Shown here piece after piece: positions 12,053 through 25,100 of a stretch of DNA of 64,000 nucleotides (the first letter of the stretch is position 1; each line of letters starts with the position of its first letter). The notes beneath the pieces are model-generated. The model was not told the DNA's origin, did not search any database, and saw only the letters and a program-made list of their open reading frames with translations. Where the stretch lies: contig NC_091988.1 of the NCBI RefSeq assembly GCF_044704955.1, positions 44,578,001 to 44,642,000 on the forward strand, written 5' to 3'. The translations under genes and the position numbers were made by a program. This stretch comes from Pristiophorus japonicus (lineage: Eukaryota).

Positions 12053-12786
12053 TGATGTAAGCTGAGTGGACCTAGTGAAATACAAGGTCGACGCTTAGCC
12101 TTGATACCCCTCTGGACGGACTAAGTGAAATATAAAGCCGACTAGTAGAGCTGACAGACTTCAATTGGAGGTTCAAAACGGTGTTTATTCACAGGCCTGG
12201 GGAGAACCTTCTCAGACCGCTCTCAGATCCGACTCCACCGAGATGTTAGCGAATTTCATATTTATACATTTAACAGTCCATCACTTCCGTAGCCTATCCT
12301 GTGTGACATCTTACGCTATTCCCTATATTCGCGGTTAATCTTATTTCTTCTTGTAAGCTTATTTTCCGCTCTGTCTGTCATTGGGGCCTTCCTCGTATCT
12401 ATTCTTGCAACTTCGTTGCTGTAACAATCGCCCTTTGTTTTTGCCAGATGGTCTTGTCTGATAGCATGTTTTCTTAAGGTAACATGCTCATTTTAATTCT
12501 GTAAGGCAAGTCTATCGTGGTTAATTTTATCAGACTTTAGCTGTAAGTCATTTATCGGGGTTAATTTTATCAAGACTTCAGCTGTAAGCCATGTTGCTAT
12601 CCACACAGTGCATCCTTTACCATTTAATTGTGCAGACCGGTGCCTTGCCCAAGCAAATCCTCAAGTCCTCTTAATCATGGATCGATTCGCTACCTCTTGT
12701 CCTGTTTCACCAAGCACACTGGTGATATACAATAGCTCAACATATTTATACATAAATTCAAGCGCTACATAAATTTGGTTATTTCA
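12053..12786 (-). repeat. 5' LTR of provirus
   Basis: Matches 5397-5450 and 10132-10390. On the minus strand, TATAAA (12261-12266) lies upstream of AATAAA (12184-12189). Confidence 0.9.
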
Positions 12787-13093
12787 CACGACTTCTTCTA
12801 CTGAGAAGAATAAGGCCAGCAGGCGCATGGGAACACCATCATCTTCATGTTCCCCTCCAAATCACACACCATCCTGACTTGGAAGTATATTGCCGTTCCT
12901 TCATTGTCGCTGGGTCAAAGTCCTGGAACTCCCTCCCGAACAGCTCTGTGGGAGTAACGTCACCACACAGACTGCAGCGGTTCAAGAAGACGGCACACCA
13001 CCATTAGGGGTAGGCAATAAATGACAATTAGGGGTAGGCAATAAATGCTGGCGTTGCCAGCAACGCCTACGTCCCATGAACGATTAAAAAAAA
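12787..13093 (+). mobile_element. CR1/L2-group LINE 3' fragment, right half and tail
   Basis: Continues 5197-5396 (GCATGGGAACACC, TCCTGGAACTCCCT) and ends in an A-rich tail. Confidence 0.75.
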
Positions 13094-13110
13094 GATTTAT
13101 TGGACTCAAT

Positions 13111-16100
13111 GGGGGAGAAATTGGGGAATGCCCCGTTTGAGGCGTTAACTTTTAAAACTTTGAAAAATTAGCGCCAGATGTAAATCAAGCGTTCCACTTC
13201 CTTCCGGGAGCAGAAGAAGCAGCAGGAGGGGAGGTAGCTATGCAGCGTTGCCGCGTTGGAAGGCTCCTTTCCTCACTTAAAGGAAAAGGCCATCGCTGCA
13301 GGCTCTGCAAAAGAAGACTTACCTTCTCCTCAATGGCAGCTGCAATCATAGAAACATAGAAAATAGGTGCAGGAGTAGGCCATTCAGCCCTTCGAGCCTG
13401 CACCACCATTCAATAAGACCATGTCTGATCATTCTCATCAGTACCCCTTTCCTGCTTTCTCTCCATACCCCTTGATTCTTTTAGCCATAAGGGCCATATC
13501 TAACTTTCTCTTGAATATATCCAATGAACTGGCATCAACAACTCTCTGCGGCAGGGAATTCCACAGGTTAACAACTCTCTGAGTGAAGAAGTTTCTCCTC
13601 ATCTCAGTCCTAAATGACTTACCCCTTATCCTTAGACTATGTCCCCTGGTTCTGGACTTCCCCAACATCGGGAACATACTTCCTGCATCTAACCTGTCCG
13701 GTCCCGTCAGAATTTTATATGTTTCTATGAGATCCCCTCTCATCCTTCTAAACTCCAGTGAATACAGGCCCAGTCAATGCAGTCTCTCCTCATATGTCAG
13801 TCCAGCCATCCTGGGAATCAGTCTGGTGAACCTTCACTGCACTCCCTCAATAGCAAGAACGTCCTTCCTCAGATTAGGAGACCAAAACTGAACACAATAT
13901 TCCAGGTGAGGCCTCAGCAAAGCCCTGTACAATTGCAGTAAGACCTCCCTGCTCCTATACTCAAATCCCCTAGCTATGAAGGCCAACATACCATTTGCCT
14001 TCTTCACTGCCTGCTGTACCTGCATGCCAACTTTAAATGACTGATGTACCATGACACCCAGGTCTCGTTGCATCTTCCCTTTTCCTAATCTGCCGCCATT
14101 CAGATAATATTCTGCCTTCGTGTTTTTGCCACCAAAGTGGATAACCTCACATTTATCCACATTATACTGCATATGCCATGCATTTGCCCACTCACCAAAC
14201 CTGTCCAAGTCACCGTGCAGCCTCTTAGCGTTCTCCTCACAGCTCACACTGCCACCCAGTTTAGTGTCATTTGCAAACTTGGAGATATTACACTCAATTC
14301 CTCCATCTAAATCATTAATGTATATTGTAAATAGCTGGGGTCCCAGCACTGAGCCCTGCGGCACCCAACTAGTCACTGCCTGCCATTCTGAAAAGGACCC
14401 GTTTATCCCGAATCTTTGCTTCCTGTCTGCCAACCAGTTCTCTGTCCATGTCAGTACATTACCCCCAATACCACATGCTTTAATTTTGCACACCAATCTC
14501 TTGTGTGGGACCATGTCAAAAGCCTTTTGAAAGTCCAAATACACCACATCCACTGGTTCTCCCTTGTCCACTCTACCAGTTACATTCTCAAAAAATTATA
14601 GAAGATTTATCAAGCAGGATTTCCCTTTCATAAATCCATGCTGACTTGGACCGATCCTGTCACTGCTTTCCAAATGCGCTGCTATTTCATCTTTAATAAT
14701 TGATTCCAACATTTTCCCCACTACTGATGTCAGCCTGACCGGTCTATAATTACCCATTTTCTCTCTCCCTTCTTTCTTAAAAAGTGCTGTTACATTAGCT
14801 ACCCTCCAGTCCATAGGAACTGATCCAGAGTCGATAGACTGTTGGCAAATGATCACCAATGCATCCACTATTTCTAGGGCCACTTCCTCAAGTACTCTGG
14901 GATGCAGACTATCCGGCCCAAAGGATTTATCGGCCTTCAATCCCATCAATTTCCCTAATACAATTTCCCACCTAATAAGGATTTCCTTCAGTTCCTCCTT
15001 CTCACTAGAACCTCGGTCCCCTAGTATTTCCAGAAGGTTATTCGTTTCCTCCTTCGTGAAGACAGAACCAAGGTATTTGTTCAACTGGTCTGCCATTTCT
15101 TTGTTCCCCATTATAATTCACCTGAATCTGACTGCCACGGACCTACGTTTGTCTTCACTAATCTTTTTCTCTTCACATATCTATAGAAGGTTTTATAGTC
15201 CGTTTTTATGTTTCCAGAAAGCTTCCTCTCATACTCTATTTTCCCCCTCCTAATTAAACCCTTTGTCCTCCTTTTATAAAATTCTCCCAGTCCTCAGATT
15301 TGCTGCTTTTTCTGTCCAATTTATATGCCTCTTGGATTTAACACGATCCTTAATTTCCCTTGTTAGCCACAGTTGAGCCACTTCCCTGTTTTATTTTTAC
15401 TCCAGACTGGGATGTACAATTGTTTAAGATTCATCCATCTGATCTTTAAATGTTTGCCATAGCCTATCCACCGTCAACCTTTGAAGTATCATTCGTCAGT
15501 CTATTCTAGCCAATTCATACCATTGAAGTTACCTTTTCTTAAGTTCAGGACCCTAGTCTCTGAATTAACTGTGTTACTCTCCATCTTAATAAAGAATTCT
15601 ACCATATTATGGTCACTCTTCTCCAAGGGGCCTCGCACAACAAGATTGCTAATTAGTCCTTTCTCATTACACATCACCCATTTTAGGATGGCCAGCCCTC
15701 TAGTTAGTTTCTCGACATATTGGTCTCGAAAACCATCCCTAATACTCTCCAGGAAATCCTCCTCCACCGCATTGCTACCAGTTTGGTTAGCCCAATCTCT
15801 ATGTAGATTAAAGTCGCCCATGATAACTGCTGTACCTTTATTGCACGCATCCCTAATTTCTTGTTTGACGCTGTCCCCAACCTCACTACTACTGTTTGGT
15901 GGTCTGTACACAACTCCCATTAGCATTTTCTGCCCTTTGGTATTCCGTAGTTCCACCCATACTGATTCCACATCATCCAAGCTAATGTCCTTCCTTACTA
16001 TTGCATTAATTTCCTCTTTAAGCAGCAACGCCACCCCACCTCCTTTTCCTTCTGTCTATCCTTCCTGAATGTTGAATACCTCTGGATGTTGAGTTCCCAG

Positions 16101-17001
16101 CCTTGGTCACCCTGGAGCCATGTCTCCGTGATGCCAATTATATCATATTCGTTACTTGCTGCCCGCACAGTTAATTCGTCCACCTTATTCCGAATACTCC
16201 TCGCATTGAGGCACAGAGCCTTCAGGCTTATCTTTTTAACACACTTTGCCCCTTTAGAATTTTGCTGTAATGTGGCCCGGTTTGCTTTTTGCCTTGGGTT
16301 TCTCTGCCCTCTACTTTTACTTTTCTTTCTATTTTTTTGCTTCTGCCCCCATTCTACTTCCCTCTGCCTCCCTGCATAGGTTCCCATCCCCCTGCCATAT
16401 TAGTTTCATCCCTCCCCAACAGCACTAGCAAACACTCCCCCTAGGACATTGGTTTCGGTCCTGCCCAGGTGCAGACCGTCCAGTTTGTACTGGTCCCACC
16501 TCCCCCAGAACCGGTTCCAATGTCCCAGGAATTTGAATCCCTCCCTTCTGCACCACTCCTCAAGCCATGTATTCATCTGAGTTATCCTGCTATTCCTACT
16601 CTGACTAGCACGTGGCACTAGTAGCAATCCGGCCCGATCAGCCCGATGCACTGCAGCAGAGTGCTGGGTTGATGGATCGCGGGCAGGAAACAAGGTACAA
16701 CATTTGAAATTGTTTTTTTTACTTACCTTGGCCACCTCGCCTTTAAGCATTGCCCCCGAAGCACCCAGTCTCCCGATGTTTTCACCCATTGATGCTACAA
16801 GGGGAGGAACACAAGTTCTGGTCCGGGGCATTACCAATGCGCATGGTGATGACGTCATGATTTCCGGGCGAAGGCGATCAGGGCGCAACACTGTACCACC
16901 ACTGCAAAACTCCCGCCGAATTTAGCAAACCCATTTGTGCCCTGATATCGTTCCCCCCGGAGGCATTAACGGGAGGTGCAAAGGAGCCCAATTTCTCCCC
17001 C
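13111..17001. mobile_element. Harbinger-type MITE split by a CR1 insertion
   Basis: Perfect 15-bp TIR GGGGGAGAAATTGGG (13111-13125) / CCCAATTTCTCCCCC (16987-17001); 3-bp TSD AAT. Confidence 0.85.
13348..16623 (-). mobile_element. 5'-truncated CR1 LINE
   Basis: End of ORF1 esterase plus frameshifted APE-RT. CATAGAAA tail. Flanking GCAATC duplication or microhomology. Confidence 0.92.
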
Positions 17002-18271
17002 AATATTTGCTAAAGCTCTCAAGAAGACTGCAAGTACTGTGCAATCTTTGATCAATTCTGCTGTCACAATGTAGAAAAATGTTAGCAATTTTGAAAAAAT
17101 AAATTGGTTCATTTAAGGTTATTAGATGCTGTCTTATTTAATCTCTTGCAGTTCTTCATATGAGCATTGAATTTGGTTACAGTTTAGACATTTTACACTA
17201 GGTTGCATAGTATTGTGAAACTGCCAAGTGGTTTGACTCCAAATGTTTTTTCTCAAATGAATAATAGCCCAAGAAAGGTCTTGCATGGTCTGCCTTCCTT
17301 TGTTTCAGGGCTGGTCCAAGAGGTTCATATTGTCAGTTGCAACCTGGATTGTGTTGGAAAGGAGAGACGCACTGCTTTGGAGGTGATGGTTTAAATAAGA
17401 CATAAATTCAATCAGTCCTGCTGTTGTATGCAGAGCTTATAGGTCATATTTCCAGTACAAACTTCACTAAACAATGCGATGCTGTTTGAAGTTTATTCTG
17501 TAGCATTTTACCAGTGCTTGGCCAAACAGCTGCTTCCTAATTGATTTTTTTTGTTGAAATACTAATATGCCTCATAAAGACATGATAAAAGCATTCATTA
17601 AATAACACAAGTGGTTTAAATTATCTTGTAATTCCCAAATATGTATGCAATTCCTCTCATAACAACAGAATGTTATGCATTAGAATTTACTAATGGGGAA
17701 TATTGTGGATTATTAATACTTTACTTGTCCATAACATAGTTATAAGAACCTTTAAAATCTCACTCTATGAACAGAGTGAGGTCAAGGACAGAGAGTGAAT
17801 TTTCTTCCCATTTCTGTAGCGTTTCATTTTGGTTCTGTTGCAACTCTTCGAGTGTATTACTCATTAATAGAACATAATCAAGGAGACAGTTTTTTATTAA
17901 ATGAAAGTTGGCAGCTGAGTGGCAATCCTTTTTGCTGTTATTGCGCCTGTACAGGATCGGCTGGAATTTTCAAGCCACAGAGTTTGAAAAACCTGCCATG
18001 TTTTTAAGATTCTGCTGAAAGATAAATTGAATTGAGATAAAACAAAAGGGAGAAATACATTTAAAAAAACAATAAAAAGGAAGCATGGCTACTTCCCTCG
18101 AGGCAGTGTGGTGGCAATGTGCTCTAATCCACTGTACCATGGATTGTAGGACATAGGGTTTATGATGATGAATAGCACACCTCAACTTGTGAGGTAATTC
18201 TCTACAAAGAAGCAAAATAACTGGATGTGGAATGCCCCTGTCACCCTCAAGCTGGCTAAAGAGCGATATGT

Positions 18272-18325
18272 TCTTTCTTTCCTTCCTTCCTTCCTTCCTT
18301 GCTCTTCTCTCTCTCTCTCACACAC
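18272..18325. repeat. (TTCC)n/(CT)n microsatellite
   Basis: Seen directly in the sequence. Confidence 0.8.
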
Positions 18326-18537
18326 TCTTCCCTCGCTCTCTTTCTTGTACGTGTTGGTCCCTGCTAGGATATGACAGCTCTCGGGTAGCTCACCTAAGTG
18401 TCCATTATTCATGACTGAGCTGAGCTAATGACTGTTGGCAGGCAATTTGATTATGGGGATATTACAGCTGAGTATAATCTTGTGGATAATTGTAGCATTC
18501 CTATTGCTACTCTGGTCTGTTGGTTCAGTTAACTGTT

Positions 18538-21500
18538 ACATAGAAACATAGAAATTCACAGCGCAGAAGCAGGCCATTTTGGCCCATCGTGTCCGCGCTG
18601 GCCAACAAAGAGCCACACGGCCCTCGGTCAGCAGCCCTGAAGGTTACATATAAACCTATGAACAATGAACAATGGCGGACAGGTAAAGAGCATCCGGCCC
18701 AACCAGTCCACCCCATACAACTGCGACACCCCATGTATCGCAACATTTTACACTCCACCCCACCCGGAGCCATGCGCTCTCCTGGGAGAGGCAAAAAAAA
18801 CAGATAAAAACCCAGGCCAATTGGGGAAAAAAATCTGGGAAAATTCCTCTCCGACCCATCCAGGCGATCGAAATTAGTCCAGGAGATCACTCTGGCCGTA
18901 TTAGACTCCCTGAAGTACTTACCATCATATCTGCGCCAGCCAACAAGAGGTTATCCAGTCTAATCCCACTTACCAGCTCTAGGTCCGTAACCCTGCAGGT
19001 TACGGCACTTCAAGTGCCCATCCAAGCACCTTTTAAATGTGGTGAGGGTTTCTGCCCCTACCACATTTCCAGGCAGTGAGTTCCAGACCTCCACAACCCT
19101 CTGCCTGAAGAAGCTTCCCCTCAACTCCCCTCTAAACCTTCCACCAACCACCTTAAAACTATACATCCTTGTAATTGATCCCTCCACCAAGGGAAATAGG
19201 CCCTTGCTATCCACTATATCCAGGCCCCTCAAAATTTTATACACCTAATGAGGTCTCCCATCAGCCCCCAGTTCCAAGGAGAACAAACCCAGCCTATTCA
19301 ATCTGTCCTCATAGCTAAGATTCTCCATTCCAGGCAGCATCCTCGTAAATCTCCCCGCATCCTCGCCAGTGCTTCCTATAATATGGTGACCAGAACTGCA
19401 CGCAGTATTCCAGCTGTGGCCTAACCAATGTATTATACAATTTAAGCATAACCTCCCTGCTCTTGTATTCTATGCCTCAGCCAATAAAGGCAAGCATTCT
19501 GTATGCCTTCTTAACCATCTTATCCATCTAGCCTGCTACTTTCAGGGATCTGTGTACAAGCACTCCAAGGTCCCTTTATTCATCTACACTTCTAAGTGGC
19601 CTACCATTTAATGTGTATACTCTTTCCTTATTAGCCCTCCCCAAGCGCATTACCTCACACTTCTCCAAATTAAATTCCATTTGCCACTGTTCTGCCCACC
19701 TGACCAGTAGATTGAAATCCTCCTACAGTCCATGACCTTCCTTTTCATTATCAACCACAGTCAATTTTAGTGTCATCTGCAAACTTCTTAATCATACCCT
19801 CTATATTCAAATCTAGATCATTGATATATACCACAAAATGCAAAGGACCCAGTACTGAGCTCTGCGGAACCCCACTGGAAACATCCTAACAGTCACCAAA
19901 ACATCCATCAACCATTACCCTTTACTTCCTACCTCTAAGCCAATTTTGGATTCAACTTGCCACTTTGCCCTGGATCCCATGGGCTTTTACCTTTGTGACC
20001 AGTCTGCCATGTGGGACCTTACCAAAAGCTTTGCTAAAGTCCATATACACTACATCGTACGCACTACCCTCATCGACCCTCCTGGTTACCTCCTCAAAAA
20101 ATTCTATTAGTTTAGTCAAACACGATCTTCCTTTAACAAATCCGTGCTGACTGTCCCTGATTAATCCATGCCTTTCTAAATGTAGATTTATCTTGTCCTT
20201 CAGGATTTTTTCCAATAATTTTCCCACCACTGAGGTTAGGCCTGTAGTTACTCGACATATCCCTTTCTCCCTTCTTAAACAAGGGTACCACATTAGCAGT
20301 CCTCCAGTCTTCCGGCACCATGCTTGAATCCAAAGAGGACGGAAAATGATGGTCAAGGCCTCTGCTATGTCCTCTTTTGCCTCACTCAACAGCCTGGGAT
20401 CCATTTCATCTAGGGACTTATCCACTTTCAAAGCTGCTAAACCCCTTAATACCTCCTCTTTCACTATGTTTATTTCACCCAGAATTTCACACTCCTCCTC
20501 GATAGCAGTATCTGCATTGCCCCTTTCCTTTGTGAAAACAGACACAAACTATTCATTAAGAACCATATCCACATCTTCTGCCTCCACCCACAGATTACCC
20601 TCATGGTCTCTAATAGGCCCTACTCTTCCTTTAGTTATCCTCTTGCTCTTAATTTATAGAACATCTTTGGGTTTTTCTTGATTTTACTTGCCAAGAATGT
20701 TTCATGCTCTCTCTTAGCATTCCTAATATCCTTTTTAATTTCACCTCTGAACTTTCTATATTCCTCCAGAGATTCTATAGTATTTAGCCGTCAGTATATG
20801 ACATAAGCTTCCCTTTTTTTTCTTTATCCTCACCTATAACTACCTAGATATCCGGGGGCTCTAGAATTGTTATTCCCACCCTTTTTCTTTAAGGGCACAT
20901 GTTTGGCCTGAGCCCTCCGGCCTCCCACTGTTCCGACACTGATTTACCTTCAAGTAGCTGTTTCCAGCCCACTGTGACCAAATCACTTCTCAACTTAGCA
21001 AAGTTAGCTTTTTCCCAATTTGAGACTTTTATTCCTGGTCTATCCTTGTTCTTATCCATAACTACCTTGGATCTGACTGAATTATGGTCACTGGCACCCA
21101 AGTGCTCTCCCATTGATACCCCGTCCACCGGCCTAGCTTCATTCCCCAAAACTAAATCCAGAACCGCCCCCTCCCATGTTGGGCTTGTTGCATACTGACT
21201 AAAAAAGTTCTCTTTGATGCATTTTAGGAATACCGCACCCGCTATACCTTTCACACTATATTTGTCCCAATCAACATTAGGATAGTTGAAATCCCCTACT
21301 ATTACTGCCTTATGGTTTCTGGTCTTCACCGAAATTTGCCTGCATATTTGCTCTTCTAACTCCCTCCCACTGTTTGGTGGTCTATAATACACGCCCAGCG
21401 GTGTGATCGCCCCTTTTTTATTTTTCAGTTAGATCCATGTGGCCTCATTTAATGATCCCTCTAACATATCATCCCTCCTCACAGCTGTAATAGCTTCTTT

Positions 21501-21882
21501 AATCAATACCGCGACCCCCCCTTTTTACCCCCCTTCTGTCCTGTCTAAAAATCCTGTAACCAGGAATATTGAGCTGCCAAGCTTGCCCCATCTTCAGTCA
21601 TGTCTCTGTAATGGCTATAATGTCATACTCCCAAGTATCTACGTGTGCTCTCAGCTCATCTGCCTTATTCACTATACACCTTGCATTGAAGTATATACCA
21701 TTTAGCACAGGAAGACCTCCTTGATTACTGCTTGTTAATCCTTGTTTCCTGTCTTACAGATTCATTTTCTACATTCTTGCTTTCCAATTTCAGCTTTACT
21801 TCCTTCCCTATTAAATTTGTTCTCAGGTTCCCATTCCTGTGCCAAGTTATTTTTAACTTTCCCCAACAGCACTAGCAAAACT
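18538..21882 (-). mobile_element. Older CR1 LINE (different subfamily), 5'-truncated
   Basis: APE (YYRPPN, GDFN, SDH) and RT (QHGF, DFSKAF) fragments, C-terminal WNSLP, CATAGAAA tail. Confidence 0.88.
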
Positions 21883-22118
21883 CCTTCATCAGCTGGTCAT
21901 CATAGTTAACTCCATATATTGCAAGAGAAAAAAAAACTTAAGGTTGACTAATTGCTATTGCTGACCTGTAATAAACACTGTTCAATAATTTATGAAGATA
22001 ATCAGGGCTGGACTTTCCACTTAGATCGATAGGGCCCCAAAAATGGGGGATGTTCCAGCCTTGCCAATGTTTCAGCTCTCAGGATCGCTGGAAGAGCGCC
22101 CATTTTTTGGATCGCTAA

Positions 22119-25100
22119 TGTTTTACACAATACCACAAATCCACACGAGGCACATTCTATGGACAATGTCACTCCATGACCTGAACCTTTATTCACAGGA
22201 CCAAGAAGTGATGACCCTGCGTGGGACCTCCCTTTATATACCTGGATGACCAGGTGAGGAGTGTCTCCCACAAGTTCACCCCCTGTGGTCAAGGTGTGCA
22301 TTTCTTATGTATATGCAGTATTGCAGTGTTATTACATAAAGGTTACATACATGACATCACCTCCCCCTCAACATCTTATTGGGATCATAGGTTAAGTCTC
22401 TTGGGTGGTCTGTGCTCTCTCGTGGAGCACCACAGTTGGGGCTCTGGTTGTTGAGCCTTGGTATGCATGTCTGTCACCTGTGGTGATTCTGGCCTGTCTG
22501 GGCTGACCGCAGGGACTGTGCATGCTGCTGAATGTTCTTGTTGCTCGTTCACTGGCGGTGGTGTGAATACCATCTCATGATCTTCCTCAGTGTCCATGCT
22601 GAACCTTTCTTTTACTTGGTCCAGATGCTTGCGGCATATCTGCCCATTGTTAAGTTTAACCACTATGACCCTATTCCCCTCTTTGTCTATTACAGTACCC
22701 TCAAGCCATTTGGGCCCCAAAGCGTGATTGAGAACAAATACGGGGTCATCAATTTCTATACATCTCCCCCTTGAATTTGGGACATGGTACTCATTTTGGG
22801 ACTGGCGCTTGCCCTCAACAATGTCGAACAGGACTGGATGAATGAGGGACAGCTGAGTTTTGAGTGTTCGTTTCATGAGTAGCTCCGCGGGCGGGACCCC
22901 AGTGAGTGAGTGCAGTCGGGACCTATAAGCCAGCAGGAGGCGCGATAGGCGGCATTGAAGGGAGGGTCCTTGAATCCGGAGCATGCCTTGTTTTATGATT
23001 TGGACTGCACGATCCGCCTGGCCATTGGCGGCCCTGCTTGAATGGTGCTGTCCTGACATGGTTAATGCCATTACCCGACATGAACTCCCGGAATTCGTAG
23101 CTTGTGAAACATGGGCCATTATCACTAACAAGGATGTCCGGCAAGCCGTGGGTCGCAAAGACCATGCGCAGACTCTCCACGGTGGTGGATGTCGTGCACA
23201 AATTCAAAATGATGCACTCGATCCATTTCGAGTACGCATCAACCACAATGAGAAACATTTTTCCCATGAATAGGCCCGCATAGTCTACGTGAATACATGA
23301 CCATGGCCTGGTGGGCCAGGGCCACGGGCTGAGCGGGGCCTCCCTGGGGGCATTACCAAGCTGGGCACACGTCGTGCACCTGCGAACACAGTGTCCCAGG
23401 TCTGAATCAATTCCCGGCCACCACACATGTGACCGGGCAATGGCCTTCATCAGCACGATGCCTGGGTGCTCGCTGTGGAGTTCCCTGATGAATGCTTCCC
23501 TGCCCCTCTGGGGCATGACTACCCAGCTGCCCCATAGTAGGCAGTCGGCTTGGATGGAGAGCTCATCCATCCGTCTGTGAAACGGTCTGACCTCCTCAGG
23601 GCATGCTCCGTGTGCGGGCGTCCAGTCCCCAGTCAGGACACATTTCTTAATCAAGGATAGGAGGGGATCTCTGTTGGTCCAGATTTTGATCTGGCGGCTG
23701 TGATGGGGGAGCCTGCGCTGTCAAAGGCATCAACAGCCATGACCATCTCAGCGCTTTGCTCCACTGCCCCCTCTGTGGTGGCCAGTGGAAGCCTACTGAG
23801 TGCATCAGTGCAGTTTTCGGCGTCGAGCCGGTGCCGGATGATGTAGTCATACTCAGCGAGCGTGAGAGCCCATCGCTGTATGCGGGCTGATGCATTGGCA
23901 TTGACAGCCTTGCTGTCTTGACAGCAGGGATGTTAATGGCTTGTGGTCCGTTTCTAATTCGAACCTCCTGCCAAAAAGGTACTGATGCATCTTTTTCACC
24001 CCATAGACACATGCGAGTGCTTCCTTCTCAACCATCCCATATCCCCGTTCAGCTTGAGAGCGCGACCTGGAGGCATAAGCCACAGGTTGTAGTTGGCCCT
24101 CAGCGTTACCCTGCTGCAACACGCACCCAACCCCATAGGACGATGCGTCACTTGTCAGAACCAATTTCTTACGGGGGTCGTACAGGGTCAACAACTTATT
24201 TGAACAAAGTAGGTTCCGCGCCCAATTGAAAGCCCGTTCCTGACAGTTCCCCCAAAACCACTCGCAACCCTTACGCAGGAGCACGTGCAGTGGCTCCAAC
24301 AATGTGCTTAAGTTCGGCAGAAAGTTCCCGAAATAGTTCAAAAGTCCCAGAAATGAATGCAACTCCGATGTGTTGCAGGGCCTGGGCGCTCGTTGAATTG
24401 CCTCCGTTTTGGATTCGGTAGGCTGAATCCCGTCTGCAGCAACCCTCCTGCCCAGAAACTCGACCTCGGGAGCCAAAAACACACGATTAGACTTAGTGAG
24501 GCGCAGGCCTACCTGGTCCAGTCGGCGTAGCACCTCCTCCAGGTTGTGGAGGTGTTCCTCGGTGTCACGACCGGTGATGAGGATGTCATCCTGAAATACG
24601 ATCATTCCGGGAATGGATTTGAGCAGGCTTTCCATGTTTCTTTGAAAAATCGCGGCTGCTGATCGAATGCCAAATGGACACCTGTTGTCATCAAACAGTC
24701 CCTTGTGCGTGGTGATGGTGGTCAGTAGTTTAGATTCGTTGGCCAGTTCTTGGGTCATGTAGGCTGAAGTGAGGTCCAACTTGGTGAACAGCTTGCCGCC
24801 TGCCAGCGTGGCAAAAAGGTCCTCCGCTCTCGGGAATGGGTATTGATCTTGTAGGAACACCCGGTTGATAGTGGCCTTGTAGTCGCCACAGATCCTGACC
24901 AAGCTATCCACTTTTAGGACGGGAATGATGGGGCTCGCCCAGTCGCTGAATTCAATGGGCGAGATGATGCCCTCTCTCAGCAACCGATCCAACTCACTCT
25001 CAATTTTCCCCCGCATCACATACGGCACAGCTCTGGCTTTGTGGTACACTGGTCTGGCGTCCGGGGTGATGCATATCACTACTTTGGTACCTTTGAACGT

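Larger units (their letters stand above)
5397..12786 (-). mobile_element. Internally deleted retrovirus-like (ERV/LTR) provirus
   Basis: TG..CA ends with 5-bp TSD CACGA (5392-5396 and 12787-12791). 5' LTR 12053-12786. Partial 3' LTR 5397-5455 plus about 10132-10392. PBS TGGCGCAGTCAGTTGGAT at 12033-12050. Only gag remains. Confidence 0.85.
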
